DNA of 63,884 bases, filler included. It is 8 parts of 8 records of this genome, joined end to end, with 100 filler letters (N's around TTAATTAATTAA, not from the genome) between each part and the next. Parts side by side here need not be neighbours in the genome. Positions count along the whole stretch, not along the records: positions 24,423 to 33,428 come from SRR31147125_40132; positions 33,529 to 40,650 come from SRR31147125_40148; positions 40,751 to 51,546 come from SRR31147125_40158; 5 more parts are not named here. The stretch is one strand, 5' to 3'. Shown here piece after piece: positions 31,408 to 41,525 of this stretch. Each line of letters starts with the position of its first letter. The stretch's first letter is position 1. The position numbers were made by a program, and so were the translations under genes. The notes under the pieces were generated by a model. That model ran no database searches, was not told the origin of the DNA, and saw only the letters and a program-made list of their open reading frames with translations.

Positions 31408-33327
31408 CTAAAGGGTACCGAGCCCGAGCCGGGTTACCGTGTCGTCGGTAGGGTGGCCGGTCGATTCATTCCATCCGGACTGACGGTAATACTCGATCAG
31501 AGCGGCATCGAACTCTTCTTTGTCCACCGCAACACCGTCAGACACCCCGCCCGTGAGCGGCTGGTCGAAGAATTTGGCCGGCAATGCGTCATCTTTGGCA
31601 TCGAAGCCTTCCCGCCTGTTGAACATGCGCATCATCACGAGCCGCCGTTCACCGACTTCGAGAATCTCGTCGATGCTCACATCCCAGCCGGTCACTGCCT
31701 GCACCAGCTTCACCATATCCTGCGGCCCGTAGAGGGTCCATGACGCCCCCCAGCACAGCTGACAGAGATTGGCGCTGTCCATAAAGCTGAACAGGTACTG
31801 GGTGCGCCGTACCCACTCAACCTTGGCTGGCTGCAGGCTGTAGGCATCCAGCGGGTTGGTCAACCCGAGGTAGCTCAGCCGCTCCTCGAACGCCGGATAG
31901 TTTTCCTCGGTATACGAAATGTCATGATCGGCGCCCATGTGGTCGGCCCCGAACGGATTCATCGCATAAAGCAGCGCGAGGCCGCGTTTCACCTGCGGCA
32001 TATGGGCCGGTGCCTCCTGCTTCTTGGAGGTAATCAGGAATTCCTTTCCGATCCCGAGTTTCTCCGCCGCGCGCTCGGACCCCTCTGCCAGAACCGCACC
32101 AAAGCCCTCGCTCTTGGAGATCATCTCGGTGAGTTTGACGACGATATCCCCATCGCCGAAGCGGATTTCAAGTCCGCCCGTGTGGTCGGTGGTCAGCTGC
32201 CCCGCCTCGAAGGCCTCCATCGCCCAGGAGATCGATGCGCCGCAGGAGATCGTATCGATCCCGAATTTATTGCACAGCTCATTGGCCTTGCAGACCGCCG
32301 CCAGATTGGACACCCCGCAATAGCTGCCAAGAGTTGAGATCGACTCGTATTCGGGGCCGCCGAATACGGGGTCGACTTTGTGCGGCCCTTCCTGAATGTC
32401 GGCAACCCGTTTGCACCGCACGATGCAGCTGAAACACGAGTCACGCCCTCGGCTCTCCTGCTTGCCGTCGGCGGCGCCCATGAGGACCTGGTCGTAGACG
32501 GTCGGTCCGTCGATGTCTTCATATTTATCAAATGTTCCGCTCTGCCAGTTCCGGGTCGGCAGCCCGCCGATACCGTTGTTGCCACCGACGGTTATGGCAG
32601 TCCCGTATTTACCGAAGCCGCTGTTCGCCGGTTTTTTGAACAATTGTGCGCCGGTCCGCACCACCTCTTTCAACAGGTCCCGGTCGGCGATTTCCGGTTC
32701 TTCGAAGCCGCGCACCACGATCGCCTTAAAATTCTTGCTGCCCATGACCGCCCCCATGCCCGTCCGACCATTGGCCCGGCAGCACATGGACAGCACGTTC
32801 GCATAGAGAACTCCCGCCTCACCGGCGGGCCCGATCTGCAGGATATCGAGGTTTTCCTGGTCCCCCAGTTCGTCCTTGATTTCCGCTTCGACAACTTCAG
32901 TCGTTTTTCCCCACAGATTAGACGCATCCCTGAGCTCGGCCTTTCCCTCGTCTATAAAGAGGTAACAGGGTTGTGCAGCCCTTCCTTTCACGATGACCGC
33001 ATCGAAACCTGCGAATTTAAGCCGGGCCGGGAAAAACCCGCCACCCTGCGAGTCACCCACAGCACCGGTAAGCGGGGACTTGGCGGAGATGGTCAGGCGG
33101 CTCTGCCCGGAGACCCTCGCGCCGGTCAGGGCGCCCACACTGAAGGCCAGAATATTGTCGGGTGAGAGCGGCTCGACGCCCGCATCCATCTCGGTCAGCA
33201 GATAGTAGAGATTCAACGCGCTGCCCCCCATGTAGGTGCGGTAAAAGGCGTCGTCACGCGTTTCGATATCGATCTTCCGGGTGGTCAAATCAACTCGCAG
33301 AATTTTCCCCTTGTATCCATACGGCAT
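31408..33327 (-). CDS. aor: Tungsten-dependent aldehyde:ferredoxin oxidoreductase
   Basis: KILRVDL, KSPLTG, IGPAGE, GRTGMGAVMGSKN, CFSCIVRC, GPEYE, GIDTIS. Confidence 0.93.
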   Translation of the reverse strand: MPYGYKGKILRVDLTTRKIDIETRDDAFYRTYMGGSALNLYYLLTEMDAGVEPLSPDNILAFSVGALTGARVSGQSRLTISAKSPLTGAVGDSQGGGFFPARLKFAGFDAVIVKGRAAQPCYLFIDEGKAELRDASNLWGKTTEVVEAEIKDELGDQENLDILQIGPAGEAGVLYANVLSMCCRANGRTGMGAVMGSKNFKAIVVRGFEEPEIADRDLLKEVVRTGAQLFKKPANSGFGKYGTAITVGGNNGIGGLPTRNWQSGTFDKYEDIDGPTVYDQVLMGAADGKQESRGRDSCFSCIVRCKRVADIQEGPHKVDPVFGGPEYESISTLGSYCGVSNLAAVCKANELCNKFGIDTISCGASISWAMEAFEAGQLTTDHTGGLEIRFGDGDIVVKLTEMISKSEGFGAVLAEGSERAAEKLGIGKEFLITSKKQEAPAHMPQVKRGLALLYAMNPFGADHMGADHDISYTEENYPAFEERLSYLGLTNPLDAYSLQPAKVEWVRRTQYLFSFMDSANLCQLCWGASWTLYGPQDMVKLVQAVTGWDVSIDEILEVGERRLVMMRMFNRREGFDAKDDALPAKFFDQPLTGGVSDGVAVDKEEFDAALIEYYRQSGWNESTGHPTDDTVTRLGLGTL

Positions 33328-33705
33328 ATCGATCCTCCTTATATCCTTAGGCTCACCAATTGCACCAGACCACTTTCCGACACATGGTTATCAGACAGTG
33401 ATCACCTCGTCCATTTTCCCGCATTAAANNNNNNNNNNNNNNNNNNNNNNNNNNNNNNNNNNNNNNNNNNNNTTAATTAATTAANNNNNNNNNNNNNNNN
33501 NNNNNNNNNNNNNNNNNNNNNNNNNNNNTACCAGACAACTTGTGTCCAGGTACTTACGCTATAACGGCCTCAAAATTTACGATAGAATACGATGATTGAG
33601 AGGGGAACGCAAGATAGAACATCTTCAAAAAATAATATTGCGTTGACTTTTTTCATCAATTGTGGTTGTGTTGAGTTAAAGATATGAAACGGTAAGGTGC
33701 AATTC

Positions 33706-34359
33706 ATGACTGAAAATGTAATCGATAGTCTGCTTAGAAGAATTTTAGACGTCACCGGAATCACGACGCAAAGTGAACTGGCTGAGGTGCTTGAGATCAA
33801 CCGATCTGCAATTACCCATGCCAGAAATAACAATCGGATTCCGGATAAATGGGTTCTTAAGCTTTATCGAAAATTTCAGTTAAACCCGGAATGGGTGGAA
33901 TCCGGAACAGGCAACACCTTTTTGAATCGAGATGCGGAGTCGGATTTGAAGTTTGAAAGAATTCCCAAAGTGAGTGCGGTACTATCCGCCGGTGATGGGT
34001 CGTTTGAAGTTGATGGAAAGGTGGATGAGCATATCTCTTTCAGCTCAAAATGGTTGGCTTCCAAGGGATCTGTTCGATCCATGGTGGCCATGGTGGTGTC
34101 CGGCGACAGTATGGAACCTGAAATTCGTGAAGGAGATACGGTTCTCATTGATCGCTCCCAATTGGATGTTGTCAATCGGAAAATATATGCCGTAGGCATT
34201 GAAGACACCATATTCATCAAACGACTTGAAAGACACCCGGGAAAGCTCGTGCTTTGCAGTGACAACAGAGCCTATGCTCCCATCTACGTGAGTCAGGAAG
34301 AGTTGAGTAAAGTACGAATCATCGGCAAGGTGCTTTGGAGCTCCAGAGAGTACCGGTAA
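33706..34359 (+). CDS. LexA/phage CI-like repressor (HTH plus S24 peptidase)
   Basis: TQSELAEVLEINRSAIT HTH; Ala-Gly site SAGDG; GDSMEP (Ser) and IKRL (Lys). Confidence 0.9.
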   Translation: MTENVIDSLLRRILDVTGITTQSELAEVLEINRSAITHARNNNRIPDKWVLKLYRKFQLNPEWVESGTGNTFLNRDAESDLKFERIPKVSAVLSAGDGSFEVDGKVDEHISFSSKWLASKGSVRSMVAMVVSGDSMEPEIREGDTVLIDRSQLDVVNRKIYAVGIEDTIFIKRLERHPGKLVLCSDNRAYAPIYVSQEELSKVRIIGKVLWSSREYR

Positions 34360-34388
34360 TAGAATTCGGCAAATTTTTTTGTTCGGCT

Positions 34389-34406
34389 TGTTTATTTTTA
34401 TAAACA
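34389..34406. promoter_or_regulatory. Palindromic operator candidate
   Basis: TGTTTAT-TTTT-ATAAACA; degenerate copy TGATTAA-AAAT-ATAAACA at 34431-34448. Confidence 0.45.
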
Positions 34407-34464
34407 TTTTTGATTATTATTTGAGTTTTGTGATTAAAAATATAAACATCAGGGGGCGATTAAA

Positions 34465-34626
34465 ATGAAAACCAAACAAAATCTGAAAATGAAAAGAGAA
34501 GGATTGAAAAGAAAGGTGAAATTTGTTTTGTCGGAGGATCGAACTGAAATCCGCCGAGGGCAACACCCCGGCCTCAGAACCCCAATTTATACACCATCCC
34601 AAATTCAAATAAACGCCCATGAGTAG
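34465..34626 (+). CDS. Small basic hypothetical protein (53 aa)
   Basis: AGGGGG RBS; MKTKQNLKMKREGLKRKVKFVLSEDRTEIRRGQHPGLRTPIYTPSQIQINAHE*. Confidence 0.45.
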   Translation: MKTKQNLKMKREGLKRKVKFVLSEDRTEIRRGQHPGLRTPIYTPSQIQINAHE

Positions 34627-34660
34627 CCCACTCACAAGGAACATCGAACCCTTTGGTTAA

Positions 34661-34689
34661 ACGGGGAGAGATTTGAAATCTCTCCCCGT
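34661..34689. repeat. Perfect 14-bp inverted repeat
   Basis: ACGGGGAGAGATTT-G-AAATCTCTCCCCGT. Confidence 0.8.
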
Positions 34690-34899
34690 CCAACCGGCGT
34701 TCAAATCAATTGAAAAAGGCGAACTTGCAAAGGGGTTTTTCAAAATCAGCTCTGCCATTCCTATGGTGTTTTGGTTGGTTTCGTGATAAAAGAGCCACCC
34801 ATAATTCAAAAAATGGTAACAATAAAAGCTCATGGACTTCCAAAACAACTGTCATGACAGCATTCATGCCATGCGCTTTCATACGATCGGAGCTGATTT

Positions 34900-35985
34900 A
34901 TGAAACTGAACGTTCCCGAAAATATCCTCTCTATTGATCCTTACGAGCCGGGTAAGCCCATTGATTTTCTCGAGCAGGAATACGGCATCGAAAAAGCGGT
35001 CAAGCTGGCATCAAATGAAAATCCCGTTGGAACCTCCCCCATGGCCGCCAAAGCGATCATCGATCACCTTCCGACAATGAATCGTTACCCCGACGGCAGT
35101 GCCTTGAAGTTGACGCACAAACTGGCTGATCGGTTTTCGGTATCCACTGAAAATGTCATTGTCGGCAATGGATCCGATGATATCATCGCGCTTCTTTCAG
35201 GCGCTTTATTGGGAAATGGTCGGGAAGCACTCATGCCGCACCCTTCCTTTTTAATGTATGAAATTTCCGTGAAAGCATCCGGGGGAATACCTGTGATGGT
35301 GCCGCTCAAAGGAGTTGATATTGATCTGAATGGCCTTTCGGAAGCGGTCACGGAAAACACTGCCATGATTTTTATCACCAATCCCAATAACCCCACGGGA
35401 ACGTACCTGACAAAAAATCAGATTGCCGGCTTCATGGCAACTTTGCCGGAAAATGTTCTTGTTGTGCTGGATGAAGCGTACATTGAGTTTGCGACGGCCG
35501 AGGATATTTTTAACAGTCTGGATACTCCTTTGTCGGATCCCAGAATCGTTACCCTCAGAACATTTTCAAAAGCATATGGTCTTGCCGGATTCCGAGTGGG
35601 TTACGGCATTATGGATGCATCGGTTGCAGGGATACTTCACCGAGTCAGACAACCGTTTAATGTCAATTCATTGGCTCAGGTGGCCGCCGCTGCCGCACTG
35701 GATGATCATGAGTTCCTAAAGAACGGGATAACGGTGATGCAACAAGGGATTGACTACTTGACATCTGAGCTCACCAACATGGGAGTCACCGTGTTTCCGA
35801 CCCAAGCCAACTTTTTTTTGATTGATGTAAATCAGGATGCGTCCCGGGTGTTCAGTGAGCTTCTTCCCCATGGAATTATCACACGATCAATGAAATCTTA
35901 TGGATTTCCAACCTATTTGAGAATCAGCGCGGGGCTTCCCGATGAAAACAGGGCATTTATTACTGCATTGAAGAAGGTTATTTAG
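34900..35985 (+). CDS. hisC: Histidinol-phosphate aminotransferase
   Basis: YEPGKP, KLASNENP, GNGSDD, NPNNPTG, LDEAY, RTFSKAYGLAGFRVGY. Confidence 0.96.
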   Translation: MKLNVPENILSIDPYEPGKPIDFLEQEYGIEKAVKLASNENPVGTSPMAAKAIIDHLPTMNRYPDGSALKLTHKLADRFSVSTENVIVGNGSDDIIALLSGALLGNGREALMPHPSFLMYEISVKASGGIPVMVPLKGVDIDLNGLSEAVTENTAMIFITNPNNPTGTYLTKNQIAGFMATLPENVLVVLDEAYIEFATAEDIFNSLDTPLSDPRIVTLRTFSKAYGLAGFRVGYGIMDASVAGILHRVRQPFNVNSLAQVAAAAALDDHEFLKNGITVMQQGIDYLTSELTNMGVTVFPTQANFFLIDVNQDASRVFSELLPHGIITRSMKSYGFPTYLRISAGLPDENRAFITALKKVI

Positions 35986-35991
35986 TGGGTC

Positions 35992-36681
35992 ATGAAGCAA
36001 AACAAAACAAGAATAATTACCATTGACGGCCCGGCAGGTGCCGGCAAAACCACAGTCAGCAAATTACTTTCCCTGCGGTTGGGATGCATCTATGTCGATA
36101 CCGGCGCACTCTATCGGGGAGTGGCCTATGAAATCCAGCGATGTCAGACAGACTATGAGAATGAAACCGAGCTTCAATATCTGCTTGATACCCTTCATTT
36201 CGAATTCAAGACATCAGAAAACGGACTTACACTACACAGTGCCGGTCAAGATATTACAGGGAGTATCCGTACCTCTGAGATTTCTCAATTGGCATCAACC
36301 GTCTCTGCTCTGCCCATGGTCAGAGAAAAATTATTGGGTATCCAAAAATCCATTGCCTGTGAGAATGACGCGGTATTTGAAGGAAGAGATATGGGCACGG
36401 TGGTCTTTCCGGAGGCGGCACATAAGTTTTTTCTTGTTGCCGATCATGATGTTCGAGCCAAACGCCGATTTGATGAGATGAAAGAGGTCAAAGGAGAAAA
36501 CGGTCTGAACGGTGAAACTTTGAATGATGTGAGTAAGGCAATGGCCAAACGGGATCACAGTGACAGCACCAGAAAAGAAGCCCCGCTTAAAGCCGCGCCA
36601 GATGCCGTCACTATCAATTCTACCCACATGACACCGGATGAAGTGGTTGAACAGCTTGTGAGGCATATTGACAATATGTAG
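35992..36681 (+). CDS. cmk: Cytidylate kinase
   Basis: IDGPAGAGKTT, DTGALYR, EGRDMGTVVFP. Confidence 0.96.
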   Translation: MKQNKTRIITIDGPAGAGKTTVSKLLSLRLGCIYVDTGALYRGVAYEIQRCQTDYENETELQYLLDTLHFEFKTSENGLTLHSAGQDITGSIRTSEISQLASTVSALPMVREKLLGIQKSIACENDAVFEGRDMGTVVFPEAAHKFFLVADHDVRAKRRFDEMKEVKGENGLNGETLNDVSKAMAKRDHSDSTRKEAPLKAAPDAVTINSTHMTPDEVVEQLVRHIDNM

Positions 36682-36821
36682 ATTTAACAGGCGAGTGTGA
36701 GCTGAAGTATAGTGCCATTTATTTATATTTTTTATTGTGTTTCCCCTGTTTGTTTGTTATAAATGGTTGATTATACTCATTTGCGTGGGTATAAAATTTT
36801 CCAAGGGGGATTTTTTTATTA

Positions 36822-38627
36822 ATGAATAACAACAACATTGCTGACAAAAACGAGAACAATAACATGAGCACTGAAGAATTAGATACTGCCGAAGAGATGA
36901 ACGAAATCCGGGAATCCGAGCACACCTTTACCGGTGAGGAGACCATGGAAGAGTTGATGGGAATTTATGAAGAGAGCTTCAAACGCTTTGAAGAAGGACA
37001 GGTGGTTATGGGAACCATCATCGCGGTTGATCGCGATCATGTCCTTGTCGATGTAGGATACAAATCCGAAGGGCAGATCGCAATTCATGAATTCAGGGAT
37101 GAAGAAGGCAATGTAAATGTCAACCTGAATGATCAGGTTGAAGTCATGGTTGAAGTGTGGGATGAAGAGGAAGAGACTGTCATCCTTTCTAAAGAGAAAG
37201 CCGCCAAAGTTAAAGTTTGGGATGCCATTAAAGATATTTACGAGGCAGATGGTACTATCGAAGGGGTCATTACCAGCCGCGTCAAAGGTGGGTTTTCTGT
37301 CGACATCGGTCTTCCGGCATTCCTGCCCGGATCTCAGGCGGATCTTCGTCCCATCCGGAATATGGATGAGATGGTGGGGGAAACCTACACATTTAAGGTG
37401 TTGAAGTACAATAGAAAGCGTAGCAATATCGTTCTTTCCAGAAGAGTGATCCTCGAAACCGAGCGTGAGCAGGCAAGGGCGGCTACCCTCGACTCCATCG
37501 AGAATGATAAAGTAATGATCGGTGTGGTTAAAAATATCACCGAGTACGGTGTGTTTGTTGACCTTGGCGGTGTCGACGGACTGCTTCACATCACCGATAT
37601 TTCCTGGGGCCGTGTGAAACATCCGTCCGAACTCTTCTCCGTAGGTGATGAAATCAATGTTAAAATCCTCTCCTTCGATTTCGAGAAAGAGCGCGTTTCT
37701 CTGGGTATGAAACAGTTGACTCCGGATCCGTGGACTACGGCAAAAGAGAAGTATCCTGTGGGGTCCAGAGTCACCGGTAAAGTGGTTAGCCTGACCGATT
37801 ACGGTGCATTTGTTGAGCTTGAAGAGGGCGTTGAAGGTCTCATTCATGTTTCGGAAATGTCCTGGACGAGAAAGATCCGACACCCATCCAAGATGGTTTC
37901 CGTTGGTGAAGAGGTTGAGGCGGTTGTACTCGATCTCAAACCCGATAATCGCAGAATCTCTCTTGGTATCAAACAGACCATGGAAAATCCATGGGAAGTA
38001 ATCAGCGAAAAATATCCTGTGGGTACCGTTATCGAAGGTCGAATTAAAAATATTACCGATTTTGGTCTGTTCATCGGTATTGATGATGATATCGACGGAT
38101 TGGTTCACATCTCAGATATTTCCTGGACCAAACGCATCAAACACCCCTCTGAAGTCTACAAAAAAGGGGATGTGATCCAGGCGGTTGTTCTTGATATTGA
38201 TAAATCCAGCGAGAGATTTTCTCTGGGGATCAAACAGACCCAGCCCGATCCTTGGGAGACGGTAGAGCAGCGGTATGAAGTGGGTACTGAAATTACCGGT
38301 CTCATCACCAATATCACTGACTTCGGTGTGTTTGTGGAATTGGAAGAGGGAATTGAAGGGTTGGTTCACGTATCTGAGATCAGCAAAGAGAAAGTGAAAA
38401 GCCCCTCAGACCAATTCCAGACCGGCGATTCCATTACTGCACGGGTGATGAACATCAACAGTGATGAGCGTCGTATCGGACTTTCCATCAAACGTCTTGA
38501 AGAGGAATCCGATCAGGATGTTATCCAGGATTTTGTGAAAAATGCAAAACCCACAACATCCGCTTTTGGTGAGATGCTCAGAGACAACCTTGAAGAAGCA
38601 GCCAGATCTGAAGAAGATAGTGAATAA
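36822..38627 (+). CDS. rpsA: 30S ribosomal protein S1
   Basis: Six S1 repeats (AFLPGSQ, DGLLHITDISW, EGLIHVSEMSW); follows cmk. Confidence 0.98.
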   Translation: MNNNNIADKNENNNMSTEELDTAEEMNEIRESEHTFTGEETMEELMGIYEESFKRFEEGQVVMGTIIAVDRDHVLVDVGYKSEGQIAIHEFRDEEGNVNVNLNDQVEVMVEVWDEEEETVILSKEKAAKVKVWDAIKDIYEADGTIEGVITSRVKGGFSVDIGLPAFLPGSQADLRPIRNMDEMVGETYTFKVLKYNRKRSNIVLSRRVILETEREQARAATLDSIENDKVMIGVVKNITEYGVFVDLGGVDGLLHITDISWGRVKHPSELFSVGDEINVKILSFDFEKERVSLGMKQLTPDPWTTAKEKYPVGSRVTGKVVSLTDYGAFVELEEGVEGLIHVSEMSWTRKIRHPSKMVSVGEEVEAVVLDLKPDNRRISLGIKQTMENPWEVISEKYPVGTVIEGRIKNITDFGLFIGIDDDIDGLVHISDISWTKRIKHPSEVYKKGDVIQAVVLDIDKSSERFSLGIKQTQPDPWETVEQRYEVGTEITGLITNITDFGVFVELEEGIEGLVHVSEISKEKVKSPSDQFQTGDSITARVMNINSDERRIGLSIKRLEEESDQDVIQDFVKNAKPTTSAFGEMLRDNLEEAARSEEDSE

Positions 38628-38746
38628 ATTTTGATTTGATATTTATAAATTTATTAATGAGATGCTTTTATAAAATGCATATAATGCAAAGAATACTATG
38701 ATATAAGGCAGATCATTGTGTCAAAATTTGACGCTGAATAAATAGT

Positions 38747-38790
38747 AAAGCCGGGTAGAAGACGATACTTCCTACCCGGCTTTTTTATTT
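38747..38790 (+). terminator. Rho-independent terminator after rpsA
   Basis: AAAGCCGGGTAG...CTACCCGGCTTT followed by T-tract. Confidence 0.85.
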
Positions 38791-38853
38791 TTCACTCGTA
38801 ATCAACTTAGTTAGGAACCGGTGCAGAAAAAGTTCCAATAATGGAGACGTGAC

Positions 38854-39755
38854 ATGTTTGCCAGAAGACATCCTTTTTTATATTTCATTATGGTGACAAG
38901 CGCCATTTTTTGTGCATTTTGGGTGGCCATTACAGCCATTTTTGTCGGCGGAGCCGGGGTGGTTAGCTCCAATATGGACGTGTTTGAAAATAAACGGGCA
39001 GGAAATGTCGGTATCGTGGAAATAAAAGGTAATATTTTTTCATCCAAGAAGTCCATCGAACAGATTAAAGCTTTTCGTGAAAGGCCTGAAATCAAGGCCA
39101 TTGTGGTTCGAATCGACTCGCCGGGGGAAGTGTTGGACCATCCCAGGAAATTTACAGGGAGATCATGAAAACCCGGAGTGCGAAAACCGTGATCGCATCT
39201 CTAGGGTCTGTTGCAGCATCGGGCGGGTATTATGCCGCCTCTTCATGTGATGGGATCATGGCAAACCCGGGAACACTGACCGGCAGCATCGGGGTGATCA
39301 TGGAGTATGCCAACTTCCAGGAAATTGTTGAGAAGATCGGATTGGTGCCCATTGTCATTAAAAGTGGTGAGTTTAAGGACATCGGTTCCCCTTTGAGACA
39401 GATTAAAGAGGGGGAGCGTGAAATTTTACAAAGTCTTGTGGATGAAATTCACATGCAGTTTGTTAACGATGCGGCCATTGCCAGAAAAATGGATCCGGAT
39501 GCCATGGCACAGCTTGCTGACGGTCGGATCTACACCGGCCAGTCGGCTTTGGAATTAAAACTGATCGACAAGCTCGGGAATCTTGATGATGCTGTGGCGT
39601 GGGCCGGTGATCTGGCCGGAATTGATGGGAAGATTAAGGCGGTTTATCCGGAAGAGGATAAAGCTGCCGTCATCAAAAAATTGATGCAGACCTTATTCAA
39701 AAATGCTGATATCTCCGGCGCCGTGGCGGATTATTTCCGGTTCGTCGTCAAGTAG
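38854..39755 (+). CDS. sppA: Signal peptide peptidase SppA (36K type); frameshift at G5 run near 39125
   Basis: One extra G restores RIDSPGGSVGPSQEIYREI; AASGGYY, TGSIGV, KSGEFKD. Confidence 0.92.
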
Positions 39756-40301
39756 TGAAATCACGCTGGAAGCAACACCCGGTACCGGCCCGCCGTCTAT
39801 TACCGCATCAAGATTGACGCCGAAATGATCATCGATAAAGGAAGGGTCCTCGAACACCTCTCCGTCATTATCTGTGGCACTGGTGGAAAGGATGGGGTGG
39901 CCGAGTTCTTGTGCTATGGCCAATGGGATGTTGTGATCCGGCACACGGATTCCGGCGGTTTTACGTTTGGTCAGCATCATTTTGGGAACCAGCTTTGATC
40001 CGGGAAGGATCAGGGTATAGGGTCCTGGCAGCATTCGTTTCATATTGCGATAAGCAAAGTTTGAGACCTTGGCATATTCGCTGATATGCTTTAAATCGGA
40101 GCAGATAAAGCTGAACGGCTGATTTCGATTTCTGTTTTTTAGCAGATAAACCCGTTCAATGGCTTTCTTGTTCATGATGTCGCACCCGATCCCGTAATAG
40201 GTGTCGGTCGGGTAGGCAATGATTCCTCCGTTTTTCAGAATGTCCACGACTCTGGTGATCTGTCTGGGTTGGGGATTGTCTGGGTTGACTTTGAGGAGCA
40301 T
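39693..40301 (-). CDS. yciO: YciO/Sua5/YrdC family protein (threonylcarbamoyl-AMP synthase-like)
   Basis: NPDNPQPR, IAYPTDTYYGIGC, LPGPYTLIL, GIRVPDH, STSA. Confidence 0.88.
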   Translation of the reverse strand: MLLKVNPDNPQPRQITRVVDILKNGGIIAYPTDTYYGIGCDIMNKKAIERVYLLKNRNRNQPFSFICSDLKHISEYAKVSNFAYRNMKRMLPGPYTLILPGSKLVPKMMLTKRKTAGIRVPDHNIPLAIAQELGHPILSTSATDNDGEVFEDPSFIDDHFGVNLDAVIDGGPVPGVASSVISLLDDEPEIIRHGAGDISIFE

Positions 40302-40750
40302 AGGATATCGGTTCCCGTAATGTTCTGTTGATTTTCAATTTTGGAGTAAGTGTCTGATTTTAAAAAATACCGGCGCTTACTTTATTCGGATATCTAAAGC
40401 TTGTCAATAAGAGGTGAAAATTGTTTCTGGAATATTTGTTTGCATTGCAGCATCAGATCTGTTAAAAAGGACGATTTAACAATTTATGATTTAAAAAAAG
40501 TCTGTTTTATTTTTATTTTTTTCTTATTAAAACAGTTGGTTAGCGTGGTTGATCATCATAACTCCAGTGCCGTCTTCATCAACATGCACAGTGGTGCAAT
40601 ACCCGTGTAACCATAATAAACAGCCATGGCAGGCCACCTGCCACAACAAANNNNNNNNNNNNNNNNNNNNNNNNNNNNNNNNNNNNNNNNNNNNTTAATT
40701 AATTAANNNNNNNNNNNNNNNNNNNNNNNNNNNNNNNNNNNNNNNNNNNN

Positions 40751-41499
40751 TTTTTCTGTACCTGGCCCTGGCAGCACCTCACACTCCCTGGTTACCCACT
40801 GACCGTTTCCGAGGTTTAAGCAAGGCCGGTGAATATGGTGATTTCGTTGCGCAAGTCGATAATGCAGTGGGCCGTATTCTTCAAACGTTAAAAAAACATA
40901 AATTGGTAGAAAATACACTTGTATTTTTTACAAGTGACAACGGTCCGGTCTGGTTCATGGAGGATGTTAAACGGTTTGATCACAGTTCTACCTCTTTTCT
41001 TCGCGGCATGAAGGCGGATGCATGGGAAGGAGGGCATAGAATGCCCTTTATTGCAAGGTGGCCTGGCAAAATCAAATCTGATACGACTTGCGATGAGATT
41101 ATTTGTTTCACTGATATGTTGGCTACATTCGCTGCAATTTTAGGAGTAAATCTTCCGAAAAATGCTGGGGAAGACAGCTTTAATATTCTTCCTACTTTGC
41201 TGGGAGATAAATCGAAAGAAATGATCCGAGAGGCAATTGTTATAGAGGATCGGGCCATTATTCGAGATAATTGGAAATTAATACTAAAAAATGGCGAAGG
41301 ATTTGTTAGTCGCAGATGGAGCACCCGTCAAAAAAGCATAGATTCTGATCAAGCTGAAGGTGAACTCTATAACCTAAAAATTGATCCGGGTGAACAGAAA
41401 AATTTGTATAAAGAAAAGCCAGAAATTGTAAAAACTCTTTCAGAATTTTTGGAAAAATATAAAAGAGAGGGGCGTAGCGCACCAATTCTTAGAAATTAA
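40751..41499 (+). CDS. Arylsulfatase, C-terminal part (contig-truncated)
   Basis: FLYLALAAPHTPW in frame from 40753; FTSDNG, WEGGHRMPFIARWPG, ELYNL..DPGE. Confidence 0.9.
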
Positions 41500-41525
41500 G
41501 GCTTTTATTGTAGGAGACAATAAAC

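Noticed and set aside
36879-38108. 409-aa antisense ORF, plus many other long antisense ORFs in the GC-rich contigs
   Set aside because: Shadows of well-supported genes such as rpsA and aor; no recognisable motifs.
40585-40643. TGCAC-AGTG-GTGCA palindrome and TGGCAGG-CCA-CCTGCCA (GG-N10-GC) as an NtrC site plus sigma54 promoter
   Set aside because: Spacer is shorter than the NtrC consensus, the -12 is imperfect, and the contig ends before any downstream gene.
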